This document shows positions 36,190 to 50,204 of a stretch of 57,541 bases of DNA, piece after piece. Below the pieces are notes generated by a model. It worked only from the letters and a program-made list of their open reading frames with translations, was not told where the DNA came from and searched no databases. Position numbers and translations under genes: made by a program. How positions within the stretch are numbered: the stretch's first letter is position 1; every line of letters starts with the position of its first letter. The stretch is from Octopus bimaculoides (taxonomy: Eukaryota): contig NC_068984.1 in assembly GCF_001194135.2 (NCBI RefSeq), forward strand, positions 37,512,044-37,569,584, in the 5' to 3' direction.

Positions 36190-37469
36190 ATTCACAAACA
36201 GAATAGTAATACAGTATATACAAGCAGAAAGAAACATCTTGCCTTTAGGTGTACAGTATATTCGTACATAGAAAAGATTCATAAACAAGACTAGTTTCTT
36301 TCCTGTGTTGGGATTCAACCGACCATAAAATACTGCTTATTCTTGTCATACTATAGAATCCATACAGGATACTTTGTTATAGTAAAGACGTTAATTGAAG
36401 ATATATATTCATGAGCAACTAAGTTGCTGGAAAATTCAAGCAAAGGAGATGAATAGGTTGTGAAAGTCAACTTTCGGTTAATATATATATGTGAGGGAAA
36501 GTATCAGGTTCTTGATTACTTTTAGCGGATTTTAAGGGACTCCGTGAGATATTAACCGAATCTCAGTTTCTCTGAATTCTTCTGAAAGCACAATAGTCCT
36601 AGTGTAATCTAAATTTGAATAGCTCTACTCTTAAACCCGTTATAAGAGATGTCACTCGCGTTAGATTTAACAGAAGCATGATAAACACTGGATTTTTCAA
36701 GGCATTTATCTTTGACCTAACAAAGATTTGACTAGATAAACAACTTTCTGTGCATGCGTATGGAGATGTACACGTTTGTTAGTCGCATATTCTAATTCTT
36801 ACCTGAAGTCATGTTCACCTCATGTGACAATATAATAAGATTTTCGAAAGGTTTGAACTGTAATAAATCTGGTGCCTTGGTATCCTTTCAAACATCAACA
36901 GAAGAAAAAATAAACAATATTCATTTTTATTTTTGACAAAACGAATAAAGAACAAATTCTGACAGCTATTCGCAAGAATTATGTTTGCGTGTGTGCGTTT
37001 GCATGCGTGCTTCGTATATGCGTGATTTGTGTATGCGTGCTTTGTGTATGTGTGTGTTTTCAGGTGACTAAGCGTGTGACAGATTGTCTGTGAGTATGTC
37101 ACGTCATTGACATTCAAACGTATTCTAGAATCCGAGGAAACATTGGCAGAAAACAGCTAATGAAATTCGCAAAATATAATACGATCATGTGCCCTTGGGA
37201 AGTTGTGAATTCTGACGTATTGAGCTGAAGCACTTCGTTTTAATGAAGTGGATGCATGCTATGTATAAATAACAACAACATCGTACCAACCATATCAAAA
37301 CAACAGCAACATTGAAAAAGTAAAATTAAATCAATAAAAATCTAAAATAAACAGACATGAAAGAGCAAAGAAACATAATTATACAGGAATAAAAAGCAAA
37401 ATGGAGAAACAATTTAAATCTTCAATATTAGGATTAATATAAAGGACGATGGATGTCAGAATTGGTGGA

Positions 37470-38710
37470 GTACCCTGTGGTTTTTAGTTACGTCCCTTTA
37501 CATTTTGAGTTCTTAATCCCACTAAAGTTAACTTTGCCTTTCATCCTTAGGGAATTTATAATATAAAACAATAACATACAAAACAATCAAATACTGGGTT
37601 GATAAAATCGATTACCACGGCTCCTAAAATTTTTGACCTCTTGCCTACTTTTTGAATTAAGATTAAGAAGGTAAAATCGGCTCAATCCTGGGGAAAATGC
37701 TTTGCAGCATTTAACTATGCTACTTTAACTTCTGAGTTCAATATACTCTTGGATTTCATTTTGTCTTTCATTATTCTGGAATCGATAAACTAGCACCAAT
37801 TAAGTACAAAAATCGATGTGATTGATTTTGACCCTCTTACCAAATTTGAGTTCTTTCACCCGTTTTAGAAATCATTACTACCAAAAGCCGGGTAGTAAGG
37901 CCATGGAAAAGAAAAAGCGTAAGAGCGACGGAAAAATTGACATGGTGTAATTTGTTTCAATTGTTTACGTTCTGAGTTCAAATTCTGCTAAGGTCAACTT
38001 GCCTTCCATATCCCTCCGAGGTCGATGAAATAAAGTACTAATCTAGTACAAGATTCGATAGTATCGATTAATCCGAAATATTGGTTATGTATTTATACTA
38101 GAAATAATTACCAAGGGCAATGGATGAAGTAATCGAAAGAGCGGCTCATAAGATACCATGCAGTATATAATTATGTCCATTTTGCATTCTAAGTTCAAAT
38201 ATTATTGTCAACTTTGCCATTCATCCTTGCGGTATTGATTAAGTACCACGAACCATGAAACAGCGAGACAGTCTCTACGAGATCACCCAACCTAGAAGAA
38301 ATAGCAACAGACTAGCCCTTAAATCATAGCCTGTCGTCTTAAAAATGGAAGGACACGATCATTAAAAATGTGGTTTTGCTTTAAACCCTTGTGGGATCGA
38401 TAAAGTACCAAAAAATTAGATCGACCTACAAAAAAATAGCAGCCAAATATTTCTCAAATTATAGCCTATAGAAGGGCACATAGAATTATGTAGTCCCAGA
38501 TAAACTATGTCAGGGAAAGTGAAAGAGTGACCGCGGCTAGAATGTCTTTGATCATGCGTCTATTCGATCAGTACTGATTTAGGGATAAACAACAAGAACA
38601 GCTATATAATGTACCACCAGTCAAGTACTCAGATCAATTAAATCGAATTGAACCTTTAACCCTTTAAAAGTGTTTAGCCTTCTGCCTATGTTAGAAATCA
38701 ATATTAGGAT
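37470..38710 (+). mobile_element. Cluster of ~5-6 old same-orientation SINE B remnants plus a family E remnant
   Basis: Repeated TCTGAGTTCAAAT..GTCAACTTTGCC.TTCATCC..GATAAA..AAGTAC modules at ~37500, 37730, 37970, 38180, 38380 and 38610. Confidence 0.65.
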
Positions 38711-38958
38711 TAAAACATTTCCTAAATTTTGAAAGTGAATCGTTTCACTGAAACTTTACAATCAATTACTTCATGCTTCACGACTTAAGATAACATCCAC
38801 GTTGCAATTTTCGTTTCTGTTTTGTTTGTTATTTAGCAACTTGTTGAAAAATCTTTTATAGCTGCTTTTGATCATTTGCGAAGCCTTGATAGTTTTGATG
38901 GCGAATGATGGCGGTTCCTTTTGTTGCTGTTGTTGTTAGTGTTGTAGTTGCTGTTATT

Positions 38959-39009
<51 letters not shown>

Positions 39010-40127
39010 GGTGGTGGTATTTGTTAGTGGAGTGGTGTCTGGTGGTGGATGGTAGTGTTTTTTTTTTGTTTTCTTTATATTAATTTAATCTGTTATTTTT
39101 TTTTCTGTATTTTTCCCCTTATTTTTAATCTTTGGTTTCTCTTTTTTCACCTGAAAGACTGAGGATCACCTCAACCATTATCTTTAATTTCTGTCTCCAC
39201 CACCACCACCACACTGCCACTACCACCATCACCACCTCTAAATATCTTCTCTCTATCGCCATCCTTCGTATTCTGTTCATCCCACTCTTTTTGTTTTACA
39301 CCCAATAATTCTATCCATCTACTTACTTCTGATTTTATTTCTACACACACACATATTTATGCACACACGCACACAGGTATAAGTACATGTGTATGCACGC
39401 ACGCGCGTGTATGTATGGTATGTATATATCTATCTATTCACNNNNNNNNNNATATATATATATTCATGTATGTATGTATGTATGTATCTTAATATGATTT
39501 TTAAAAATATTGTGTTCTGAGCAGACATCCGCTTTTCTTCCACGCATGTGTCAAACTAAACTGATGTCATTTCCGTCCAAACATATCACATTTTTTTAGT
39601 TTGATCGCGTGTGCCATTCTGATTTCTACACACTCACACCCATACACATACAGAAACATATACACACATTAATAAATTAATGGTAAAAAAATCAGGAGTT
39701 ACGTAATCCCGTTTCTTAACATACAGTATGCCTGCTTTAACGGACCCACGTAACATTAATATATATTAATTTCCTCAACATTCTGAATACGTAATTATTT
39801 GATGAACATTTTCTAAATTAGATGAAAACAACAAGTGGTATCGTCATCAAATTTATTATACGTAATATGTGCTTCATTTCTTCCGTTTCACTTATATAAA
39901 AATTAACTAATTAAGATATGTAAATTGAGCATACAAATACAGACCTATGTACAATATAAATAAATATTTGACAAAACCAGTTATAGAAAATGCTATGGAA
40001 CCTCGTTTCACTTATGAAACTGGAAGGCATGTCAGTGAGCGTGGACTTGAGAAAATAGTGCGGTTTGTTTTCGTATGCTTTGTTGTCGTCAATCATGAAT
40101 ATAACTTCTATTATTATCATCATTGTT

Positions 40128-40300
40128 AAGGCGACGAACTGGCAGAATCGTTAGCACGGCGGGTAAAATGCTCACGTTCAAATTCTGCAGAGGTCAACTT
40201 TGCCTTTCTTCCTCTGAGGGTACGTTAAATTAAGTACCAGTTGAACATTGGGGTCGATGTAATCGACTAGTCCCCTCCGAAATTTTAGACCTTGTGCCTC
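40128..40300 (+). mobile_element. SINE family B (internally deleted)
   Basis: GAACTGGCAGAATCGTTAGC...AAGTACCAG..GGGGTCGATGTAATCGAC. Confidence 0.85.
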
Positions 40301-40324
40301 GCTGTTGCTATTATTGTTGCTGTT

Positions 40325-40510
40325 AAGGTAGCAAGCTGGCAGAATCGTTAGCGAGCTGGGCTAAATGCATAATGGCATTTGATTTGTCTTTACGTTCTGA
40401 GTTCAAATTCCAGCGAGGTGTACTACTTAGCCGTTCGTCACACTGTGGTCGATGTGAAACACTGGAGTTCAACCGTCCCCCTACCCCAAATCTCAGGCCT
40501 TGTGCCAATA
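40325..40510 (+). mobile_element. SINE family B (second tandem copy)
   Basis: AAGCTGGCAGAATCGTTAGC...TTCTGAGTTCAAATTCC...AAATCTCAGGCCTTGTGCC. Confidence 0.8.
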
Positions 40511-41220
40511 GCTTTTTTTTATTTATTTACCAAGGCCTATTCCCCATAGGAGGGAGTAGCCACAACAAGACACACACCAGGCATTCCATTCATTTCCCAG
40601 TTCAAAAGAGGCGAGCTCCGTCCTATTCTCGGGCCAAGGCATAAAAAAGCAACTCCCGATGTCAGCAGCGGGGCCCGACAGCATGTACTGGTTTACCCCC
40701 CGCCGCATCATGCTGGTTCCGTACCCCTTTGAGTAACATCAATTCACAAGCACTCTCCAAGCTTTCCTATCAATAATAAACTCTCTTGCCTCTCTCACTC
40801 CAACACTTCTAACCACCAAAGCCTTCTTCATTCCATCCATCCGCACAAACCGAGGTCTGCCTCTGGTTCTGCTGCCTACTACTTCTGTCTTCATCACCCT
40901 CCTTACCATTTGCTTCTCATCCATCTTTTTCATGTGGCAAACCACCTTAACATTCATCTATCCATTCTGGTACATAGATTTTCTTTCATTCCTGCTCGCC
41001 TTCGCACCTCCTCATTCCTCATCCTGTCCATCCGTGTCACACGAACCATAGCCCTCAAACATCTCATCTCAAACACATCTAGTCGCCTCCTCTTCGCCTC
41101 CTCTTCGCCTCTCTCTCAAACGCCACGTCTTTGCACCATATAACATTGTTGACACAATCATACCCTCATATTTTCGCTTTCATATTCAACCTTTTATCTC
41201 ACAGAATACCTTTCACAATT
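40510..41220 (-). mobile_element. RTE LINE 3' end with UTR and (TAAA)n tail
   Basis: MLYGAKTW, LDVFEMRCLR, RMRNEEVRRR, RGRPRF and AWRVLVN*. Confidence 0.85.
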
Positions 41221-41589
41221 CCAACTGGTGAGTATGAACAGGTTAAGAAAAAGTGGGTAGGAGATGTGGAGGAGGAGTTGGAGGCCTCATATCAAGATAG
41301 ACAGTGCATGACCTTGCAAGTTGAGCCCAATTAGAATCTTTTTCATGTCGAGTAGTTCAAAAGGTCCTTGGATAAGGGTTGTTTAAGGATGTTGAACTCA
41401 TGTTGAGTTGAGGTGAATTATTCAAAATCATCAGTGTCCCCATTGCGATTTCATAGCAAAATGCATCCCTAGACTCAAATTACATTCACGAATTCATCGC
41501 AGATAGGTGCAGCTTCTTTGTCATTTTCTTTTTAAAAGTTGCTTTCTTTTTTCCCTCTTTTTTAAATTTGAAATTTTCTCCTTCAAACA

Positions 41590-42010
41590 CTCATACGCAA
41601 TGGGGACACTGATGATTTTGATTTTGCTTGGGATTGGGCACATGTGTCTGTTGATTGCAGAATATAACTCTTCTATTATTCTTCTTCAACTCAAATTGTT
41701 TTGCCGTATCATGATACATTTTGCGCCATGCAGATTGATCTCGGTAATGACTCATCCAAGATGTCAAGTTAGGATGTAGAGGTTTTAATGATTGCTTCAA
41801 CTTTTCCTTTGCCGCGATATCCTTCTATTTGTCTTCCTTTACCGCGGTATCCTTCCACTTGTCTTCCTTTGCCGCGATATCCTTCTATTTGTTGGCCATG
41901 CAAAAGAATTTTCGGAATGCGATCATCTTTCATTTGAACATATCCTATCCATCTGCACTGAATTCTTAGCAGCATGCTTTGGATACTGGAGATATCACAT
42001 TTTTCTAAGA
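41590..42010 (-). mobile_element. RTE LINE C-terminal fragment with a 30-bp triplication
   Basis: RWIGYVQMKDDRIPKILLHG, RDQSAWR and CPHC; tandem units at 41804-41892. Confidence 0.8.
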
Positions 42011-42296
42011 TTTTGACATTTGATATCCTATCGTGCCATTTTATTTGCAGGCATTGTGCAAATAGAACATGTGAAAAGTTTCAGGTTCCTTTATATGACT
42101 GTAGTGAGGAGTCTATACTTCTGCTCCTATATAAAAAGTACCCAAAATAAAAGATTTGTATTCACTTATTTTAGATTTGAGGGTGACACCGTGTTCATCC
42201 CACAAACGATGGGTAAGTTTTCCAGAACACTTAGATATTCTAACATTGATTTTGTCATACTACTACTACTACAAATAATAATAATAATGATAATGA

Positions 42297-42356
<60 letters not shown>

Positions 42357-43820
42357 CAAAATGTCATAAAAGAGTTAGAACCAGCGGAGAGCTACAAATA
42401 CCTAGGGGTAATTGAAGGGGACAATATCAAGCACTCAGTGATGAGGGAAAGGATCAGAAGAGAATGTTATCGCAGGGTGAGAGCAATACTGAAGACAGAG
42501 CTGAACGCGAGAAACAGGATCGAAGCGATCAATGCTCTAGCCATACCAGTCGTGACTTACAGTTTCAACATCGTTAACTGGTCAATTACTGAAATATGTA
42601 ATGTTGACAGAAAAATACGAAAACTGTTGACAATGCATNNNNNNNNNNNNNNNNNNNNNNNNNNNNNNNNNNNNNNNNNNNNNNNNNNNNNNNNNNNNNN
42701 NNNNNNNNNNNNNNNNNNNNNNNNNNNNNNNNNNNNNNNNNNNNNNNNNNNNNNNNNNNNNNNNNNNNNNNNNNNNNNNNNNNNNNNNNNNNNNNNNNNN
42801 NNNNNNNNNNNNNNNNNNNNNNNNNNNNNNNNNNNNNNNNNNNNNNNNNNNNNNNNNNNNNNNNNNNNNNNNNNNNNNNNNNNNNNNNNNNNNNNNNNNN
42901 NNNNNNNNNNNNNNNNNNNNNNNNNNNNNNNNNNNNNNNNNNNNNNNNNNNNNNNNNNNNNNNNNNNNNNNNNNNNNNNNNNNNNNNNNNNNNNNNNNNN
43001 NNNNNNNNNNNNNNNNNNNNNNNNNNNNNNNNNNNNNNNNNNNNNNNNNNNNNNNNNNNNNNNNNNNNNNNNNNNNNNNNNNNNNNNNNNNNNNNNNNNN
43101 NNNNNNNNNNNNNNNNNNNNNNNNNNNNNNNNNNNNNNNNNNNNNNNNNNNNNNNNNNNNNNNNNNNNNNNNNNNNNNNNNNNNNNNNNNNNNNNNNNNN
43201 NNNNNNNNNNNNNNNNNNNNNNNNNNNNNNNNNNNNNNNNNNNNNNNNNNNNNNNNNNNNNNNNNNNNNNNNNNNNNNNNNNNNNNNNNNNNNNNNNNNN
43301 NNNNNNNNNNNNNNNNNNNNNNNNNNNNNNNNNNNNNNNNNNNNNNNNNNNNNNNNNNNNNNNNNNNNNNNNNNNNNNNNNNNNNNNNNNNNNNNNNNNN
43401 NNNNNNNNNNNNNNNNNNNNNNNNNNNNNNNNNNNNNNNNNNNNNNNNNNNNNNNNNNNNNNNNNNNNNNNNNNNNNNNNNNNNNNNNNNNNNNNNNNNN
43501 NNNNNNNNNNNNNNNNNNNNNNNNNNNNNNNNNAGCTCAGATACCAGGAAACCCCAAAATGGCTGAAGTCCAAAAGATAGTGCTCATGGGAACTGCCCAT
43601 ATCCTACGTAAAATACTGTCTATGTGATCTCAAATTTTAAAGCAAACATAATTTTCTTATGGTTTCTTAAACATTCACTTGAACAAAACTGTACAAATCC
43701 AAATATATGGTACCCTAGGCATAACACCTACATGAACTTCTAACTTGTTGTCTCTTGAGGTCTCTGGGTGAGACTTGGATCCAACTTGTACAAATGCAAA
43801 ACAAAAGTCAAACATAAAAT
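42357..43820 (+). mobile_element. 5'-truncated R4/Dong LINE flanked by (TAA)n on both sides (spans N-gap 42639-43533)
   Basis: YKYLG, RNRIEAINALAIPVVTYSF and DRKIRKLLTMH; after the gap EVQKIVLMGTAHILRKILSM*, then a 3' UTR and (TAA)n. Confidence 0.85.
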
Positions 43821-43894
43821 AATAATAATAATAATAACAACAACAACAACAACAACAATAATGATTATAATAATAACAATAATAATAATAGAAT

Positions 43895-43980
<86 letters not shown>

Positions 43981-44596
43981 TCTATCACTTTCTTTTGAAG
44001 ATTACTTGTTGACATAGTAAAATTCTTCAGCCGAAATCATACTTTCACACACCAATTCAAACAGTAAGCTTGTTTTTCGTTAGATTCAGATTAACGCTTC
44101 TTCTACCTTCTTTGGTTAAATCTTAAATTTACAGGTGGGCAGTGAGAAACGCTGTAGTACGCAGCTTCTCTCGGCGGTCCAAAATCTACCTACCTCACTT
44201 CCGTGTTTACAATCACTCCTAAGCAGTCCTCCTACTCTCCCTGTCAATATGAATGCATTATACTGAACTTGTGTTAAATAGCTTCCTCCCCTCTCTAGTT
44301 GATCTTCCTTTTCTTTTCTTTTTGTCTACTTTTTCTATCTTTCTCTCTATATATATCTCTTCTACTAGCCTTCTTTCTTATTTCATGTTTATTTTATTTA
44401 TTTTATTTTATTTTTTAATATATTTTAATATTCTTTATTTTATTTTTTTATTTTTTTATTTAGTTTTTTTTTTTACTTTCTGCCAATGCTGGGGTGGTGA
44501 GGGGAGTTGAGTGCCCATCACTTATAAAATTCCCCAATGGCCTCTGCAAGACCTGTCCTCTGACAGTCAAGCCCGAATCGTTCGCCAAACCAACAG

Positions 44597-44880
44597 AAGT
44601 GCAGAATAGACAACACTACCGATAGTGACAAATGCAGATGTGTGGTGAGAGGGGTGAAACTGTATGGCTCATCGTTAGCGAATGCCCGAAACTGGCACAA
44701 AGCGAATACAAAAGAACACCTACTAAAATCAGCATTGCTTGGAACTGCAAGAATTCTTCGCAGGGTTCTTGGAGCACGACCAGTAAACAAGTGTCACCAT
44801 AGTCTGCTGGCTGTGGACAGCTAACACTTTCCATCATACCCAGCAAAATAAGCTGTGAGTTTTCATATGATGATGATGAT

Positions 44881-44910
<30 letters not shown>
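44597..44910 (+). mobile_element. R4/Dong 3' fragment, internally deleted
   Basis: CCHC-type knuckle region (KCR.CGERGETVWLIVSECPKLAQSEYKR) joined directly to LLKSALLGTARILRRVL; (TAA)n tail. Confidence 0.8.
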
Positions 44911-44913
<3 letters not shown>

Positions 44914-45120
44914 CTGATGCAATATTAAAGCCCTGATGCAATGCCAGGCAGTGATTACCATGGCTTCTGATCTTAATTGTTTGGAAGTCTTATCATGTGC
45001 ATGTTTTGTCTTGGTGTAAAACATAGGCCACAGCAAATATTTTGCTAAGTGCCACAAATTTGCTTGTCAGTTGCTTCCTGTCAAAATGGACAGGAATGAG
45101 CATCGTCATCATCATCATCA

Positions 45121-45182
<62 letters not shown>

Positions 45183-45184
45183 GT

Positions 45185-45380
45185 GAGGATGCATGGCTTA
45201 GTGGTTAGCGTGTTACACACACGATCGCGAGATCGTGGTTTCAATTCCTACGCAGGGGAGGGGCGTAGCGTTCTTGAACAAAACACTTCATTTCACATTC
45301 CTCTGCGATCACTTCAACAACTGACGCGTGACACACGGTGCTCCTGATCAGGCAACGTCGATTTGATGGAGGGAGTTGGT
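45185..45380 (+). mobile_element. tRNA-derived SINE head (family C/D-like)
   Basis: GCATGGCTTAGTGGTTAGCGTG, GGTTTCAATTCC and GTTCTTGAACAAAACACTT. Confidence 0.7.
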
Positions 45381-45509
45381 TAATGTACAGTCCATGCATT
45401 TGATCACTGTTATCAAGTCATTTGTTCAGGTCGTTCGGCAAAAAGAAAAGTCCTGAATACTCATACGTCGTCTCCGACAGGAGAGTCCATCAATATTATT
45501 AGTAGTAGT

Positions 45510-45831
45510 CAGTGGCGGACTGGCCAGGTTACCAGCTTGCCTGGTGGCAAGTGGACCCCTGCGCCATTAGAATCCATATATGGGAGCCCATGTTAGTATC
45601 TAAGGAGCCCATCCCCTCAAGTTTGAGAATTTTTTATTCACTCCTGGAAGAACGCATTAATTATTTCAGCCTGGCTGTGTCTGTAGACAGTTGAAAAGAA
45701 TAATTTTAATACACACAAAAAAAAAAACAATTAAATGATAGCACTGTAGTTGCGGGTGGGCCCCCTTGTAGTTGCGGGTGGTTTCCCTTAGTCTTCTGGC
45801 AACCAATATTTTTAGACCCAGTCCGCCACTG
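45510..45831. mobile_element. hAT-type MITE (322 bp)
   Basis: Perfect 14-bp TIRs CAGTGGCGGACTGG; 8-bp TSD GTAGTAGT at 45502-45509 and 45832-45839. Confidence 0.85.
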
Positions 45832-45861
<30 letters not shown>

Positions 45862-45862
<1 letters not shown>

Positions 45863-46492
45863 ATCTTGTTCAAAACGGGGGCACCAGTTTTCATTAATGT
45901 TTTACGTAGTGTTTTTGGTACCGAAAGACTTTCAAACTTCGTATACTTATCTATTTTGTGTTATAGAACAGAAAAAAAATTTTGTATTCGGATTTATTTC
46001 ATGTAAAAAATTATCTTATTTCGATAATTTCAACCAATCACAGACAAGTATTCAGCTGTTTACAAGTTACTCCTNNNNNNNNNNNNNNNNNNNNNNNNNN
46101 NNNNNNNNNNNNNNNNNNNNNNNNNNNNNNNNNNNNNNNNNNNNNNNNNNNNNNNNNNNNNNNNNNNNNNNNNNNNNNNNNNNNNATAGAAAGGTTTATT
46201 AGCTACTGCTAATATGCTTCAGCCATTTTTTGATAAGGAAATAATAATTTTATCACCGCCGAGATTCGTTTGTTTACGTAGTCAGCACTTAATCTTTACG
46301 GCTGAATGGACGTCAGTCATTGGTTGAAATTACAGAAATACGACAACTTTAACATGAAATAACTTGCGATGTACGTTTTTTTGTTAAGAAGACTAAGAGA
46401 AAAAGATGTTTTATATGACACATTCTACCAGTGTCCCAAGTTTCAAAGTGTTTCGTTAAGAAAATACTGGTGCCCCCGTTTTGAACAAGATC
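45862..46492. mobile_element. MITE of unknown superfamily with perfect 27-bp TIRs, inserted in (TAG)n
   Basis: GATCTTGTTCAAAACGGGGGCACCAGT at 45862-45888 and its reverse complement at 46466-46492; internal inverted AATTTCAACCAAT motif. Confidence 0.85.
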
Positions 46493-46550
<58 letters not shown>

Positions 46551-47314
46551 ATTCTCCCATTCTAAAACAAATGTCACGTTATACTTATACTTCTTATACA
46601 TCCTATTCTCTTTTCTAATTTCTTCCGTCCCTCCTCCTTTTTTTTTCATTTCGGTCCCTTTTTCTCCTATCTAGTTCTACCTTTCAATTTTCCTTCTCAC
46701 ATAGAAATCTGCCTGTCTTATTATAATTCATCTCTGATTCGTTATTAACGTTTCGTTCTCACTTCTTTTCTATGTGTCTCTGAAGTTTTGTCCGCCTCCA
46801 TATCCGCTCTTCAATTTCTTCTGCCAACTTCTGTTCCTCATCTTGCATCATCTGTTGCTGTCTTTCTCACTCTACCTCCCTCTTCTTTTCTTATGTCAGC
46901 CACTTTCCTCCACAAAATTCTCCATCTGCTGCTCCTTCTAACACACATAATATACACGAGGAGCAACGCACGTGGTTTCATCAGTCACACGCTCACATAC
47001 AGATACCACAACACACATACATGCATGCTCACTGCTCGCTCATGCATTAGATACACAGGTGTGCATTGAGATACACAAGTATTTTCTTTCTTCTATCTTC
47101 ATGTTCTATTTAACCATCCATTTCTCCATCACTCAGTCTGTAATCACGCGCGCGCGCACACGTATACAAGNNNNNNNNNNNNNNNNNNNNNNNNNNNNNN
47201 NNNNNNNNNNNNNNNNNNNNNNNNNNNNNNNNNNNNNNNNNNNNNNNNNNNNNNNNNNNNNNNNNNNNNNNNNNNNNNNNNNNNNNNNNNNNNNNNNNNN
47301 NNNNNNNNNNNNNN

Positions 47315-47363
<49 letters not shown>

Positions 47364-47489
47364 CATATATATATACATATATATATATAAGTATGTCTAT
47401 ATGTATACGTATTGTAATATGTGTGCATGTATGTATATATTGTAATATATACATATTATGATATATATACGTATATATAATGGTACATC

Positions 47490-47566
<77 letters not shown>

Positions 47567-48295
47567 CGTATAGATATATGGGTGTGTGTGTGTATGCATG
47601 TACATGTATGTATATGTACGTATATGTGTGTGTGTATGTATATATATTCTAATATAATATGCATTTGCATGTTTGTAAGAGAGTGTTTCTGTCTATTGCA
47701 TTACATAAAGACTTTTTTAAAAAATCGAGATACACAAACACACACACACATACCCTCATATGCATACGCGATCAAACAACACACAGACATAATTAGGCAT
47801 AGCAACATATCCATACACATACATAGCTACACACATATACACGCATGTGCACGCGCACATACACACAACTCTTTCATGCAAATAATTGAAACAAACACCC
47901 ACGTATAAACTCATGCCAAACGCAAACTGAGTCTCGAACACACGCACACATAGCTTGAGATACGCGTTCACACAAACTCGCATACGTTTGAGCATGTGCT
48001 CTTTCGTAATGATATATATGCATGTGGGTGTGAATGTGAAAATGTGTGCGCGTATGTATGCGTATACATATATATACATACACACATATATGAGTGTGTT
48101 GTGTGTGTGAGTGTGTGTGTATAAGCGCACAATGCTTCATCGCAAAATTAGCATTTAATTCCACCAATAAACACATGCACACTCACATATACATATATAA
48201 TATATATACATGTATATACATATATATATGCATATATACATGCATGCATACATATATATATAGATATATATATATATATATATATNNNNNNNNNN

Positions 48296-48330
<35 letters not shown>

Positions 48331-48522
48331 CATACTTGCATACATTTACATAAATGCTTATATATGCATATACGTGTTTTACATATACATATGTATATAT
48401 ACACACTTATATATAAACACTATGTTATTACATACACATACATATATACGTTTTATCAACCCATTATATATACACATTTCCTAACATCATTAGAAATACG
48501 TGTATACAGTTTTATCACATGA

Positions 48523-48584
<62 letters not shown>

Positions 48585-48917
48585 GTACATGTGTATGTGT
48601 GTGCGCGTGTGTGTGTAATATAAGCATTAAATACATACACACACTGCCTCGCAACATTAAACACTCATATTATAGTAATATATAAATGCATACACATCCC
48701 AATGCATCATTACAAATACATATACACACAAGCGCGTACACATACAGGTACACACTCTACACACAAATATGCATTTTATAATAATAATACAATATGTACG
48801 CATGCTCACTTCATTGCGTGATTACACACGAATATATACATTATTTCGCTTCAAAACATACATACCCACGTTAAAATGTTTATGTATATCTATATGCATA
48901 CACCCTTTCATCGAATC

Positions 48918-48977
<60 letters not shown>

Positions 48978-49073
48978 ATTACACTCACAAACATATGTCA
49001 CCAACATATACTAACAGACCTACGTCATTGACTTATTGCAAATATATACACGTTCTATGACATTAAGAGCGAG

Positions 49074-49074
<1 letters not shown>

Positions 49075-49136
<62 letters not shown>

Positions 49137-49140
49137 AGGA

Positions 49141-49182
<42 letters not shown>

Positions 49183-49223
49183 AAAGAAAGAAAAGAAAGA
49201 AAAAAGAAAGAAAGAAAGAAATA

Positions 49224-49286
<63 letters not shown>

Positions 49287-49317
49287 GAAGAAAGAAAGAA
49301 ATATAGGAAGAAAGAAA

Positions 49318-49362
<45 letters not shown>

Positions 49363-49380
49363 GGAAAGAAAGTAAGAGAG
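49075..49380. repeat. (GAAA)n microsatellite, ~300 bp
   Basis: Direct reading of the sequence. Confidence 0.95.
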
Positions 49381-49772
49381 AGAGAGAGAAGTGTTAGATA
49401 ATATAAACGTGTATCACCCACATGGCTGTTGTATCACATGATCAGGCACAAACTCATACATTCACAACTACATGTACAGATACACACACGAACATATGAA
49501 TATTTGCATTGTTACTTATCTGTACTTAGACGCAAAACAGATAGCTTATTAATCTATCCTCCTATCTAGCTCTCCGTTAAACTATCAAGCTATCTAGCTA
49601 ACAACCAAACAAGCAAGCTAGTTAGATAACGATCAACGTTGTTTACAAGCAAAACTGTCTCTTTATCTTTTTCTCACTGTCTTCTTCCATCAAAAAAAAA
49701 ACAATAATCTCTTCCCACATGTACACAGTGAAAACCAATGAAACACGTGTGTGTATATATACATACGGTGGT

Positions 49773-50154
49773 GGTTGGCACTCCGTCGGTTACGACGACG
49801 AGGGTTCCAGTTGATCCGATCAACGGAACAGCCTGCTCGTGAAATTAACGTACAAGTGGCTGAGCACTCCACAGACACGTGTACCCTTAACATAGTTCTC
49901 GGGGATATTCAGCGTGACACAGTGTGACAAGGCTGACCCTTTCAATTACAGGCACAACAGAAACAGGAAGTAAGAGTGAGAGAAAGTTGTGGTGAAAGAG
50001 TACAGCAGGGTTCGGCACCATCCCCTACCGGAGCCTTGTGGAACTTTAGGTGTTTTCGCTCAATAAACACTCACAACGCCCAGTCTGGGAATCGAAACCG
50101 CGATCCTATGACCGCGAGTCCGCTGCCCTAACCACTGGGCCATTGCGTCTCCAC
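49773..50154 (-). mobile_element. Full-length tRNA-derived SINE (family C)
   Basis: Head GCAATGGCCCAGTGGTTAGGGCAGCGGAC, B-box GTTTCGATTCCC; 3' end GGAACCCTCGTCGTCGTAACCGACGGAGTGCCAACC. Confidence 0.85.
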
Positions 50155-50204
50155 ATATATACATATGCATATGTATATATACACACATGTGTTTTTTAGA
50201 GTTT

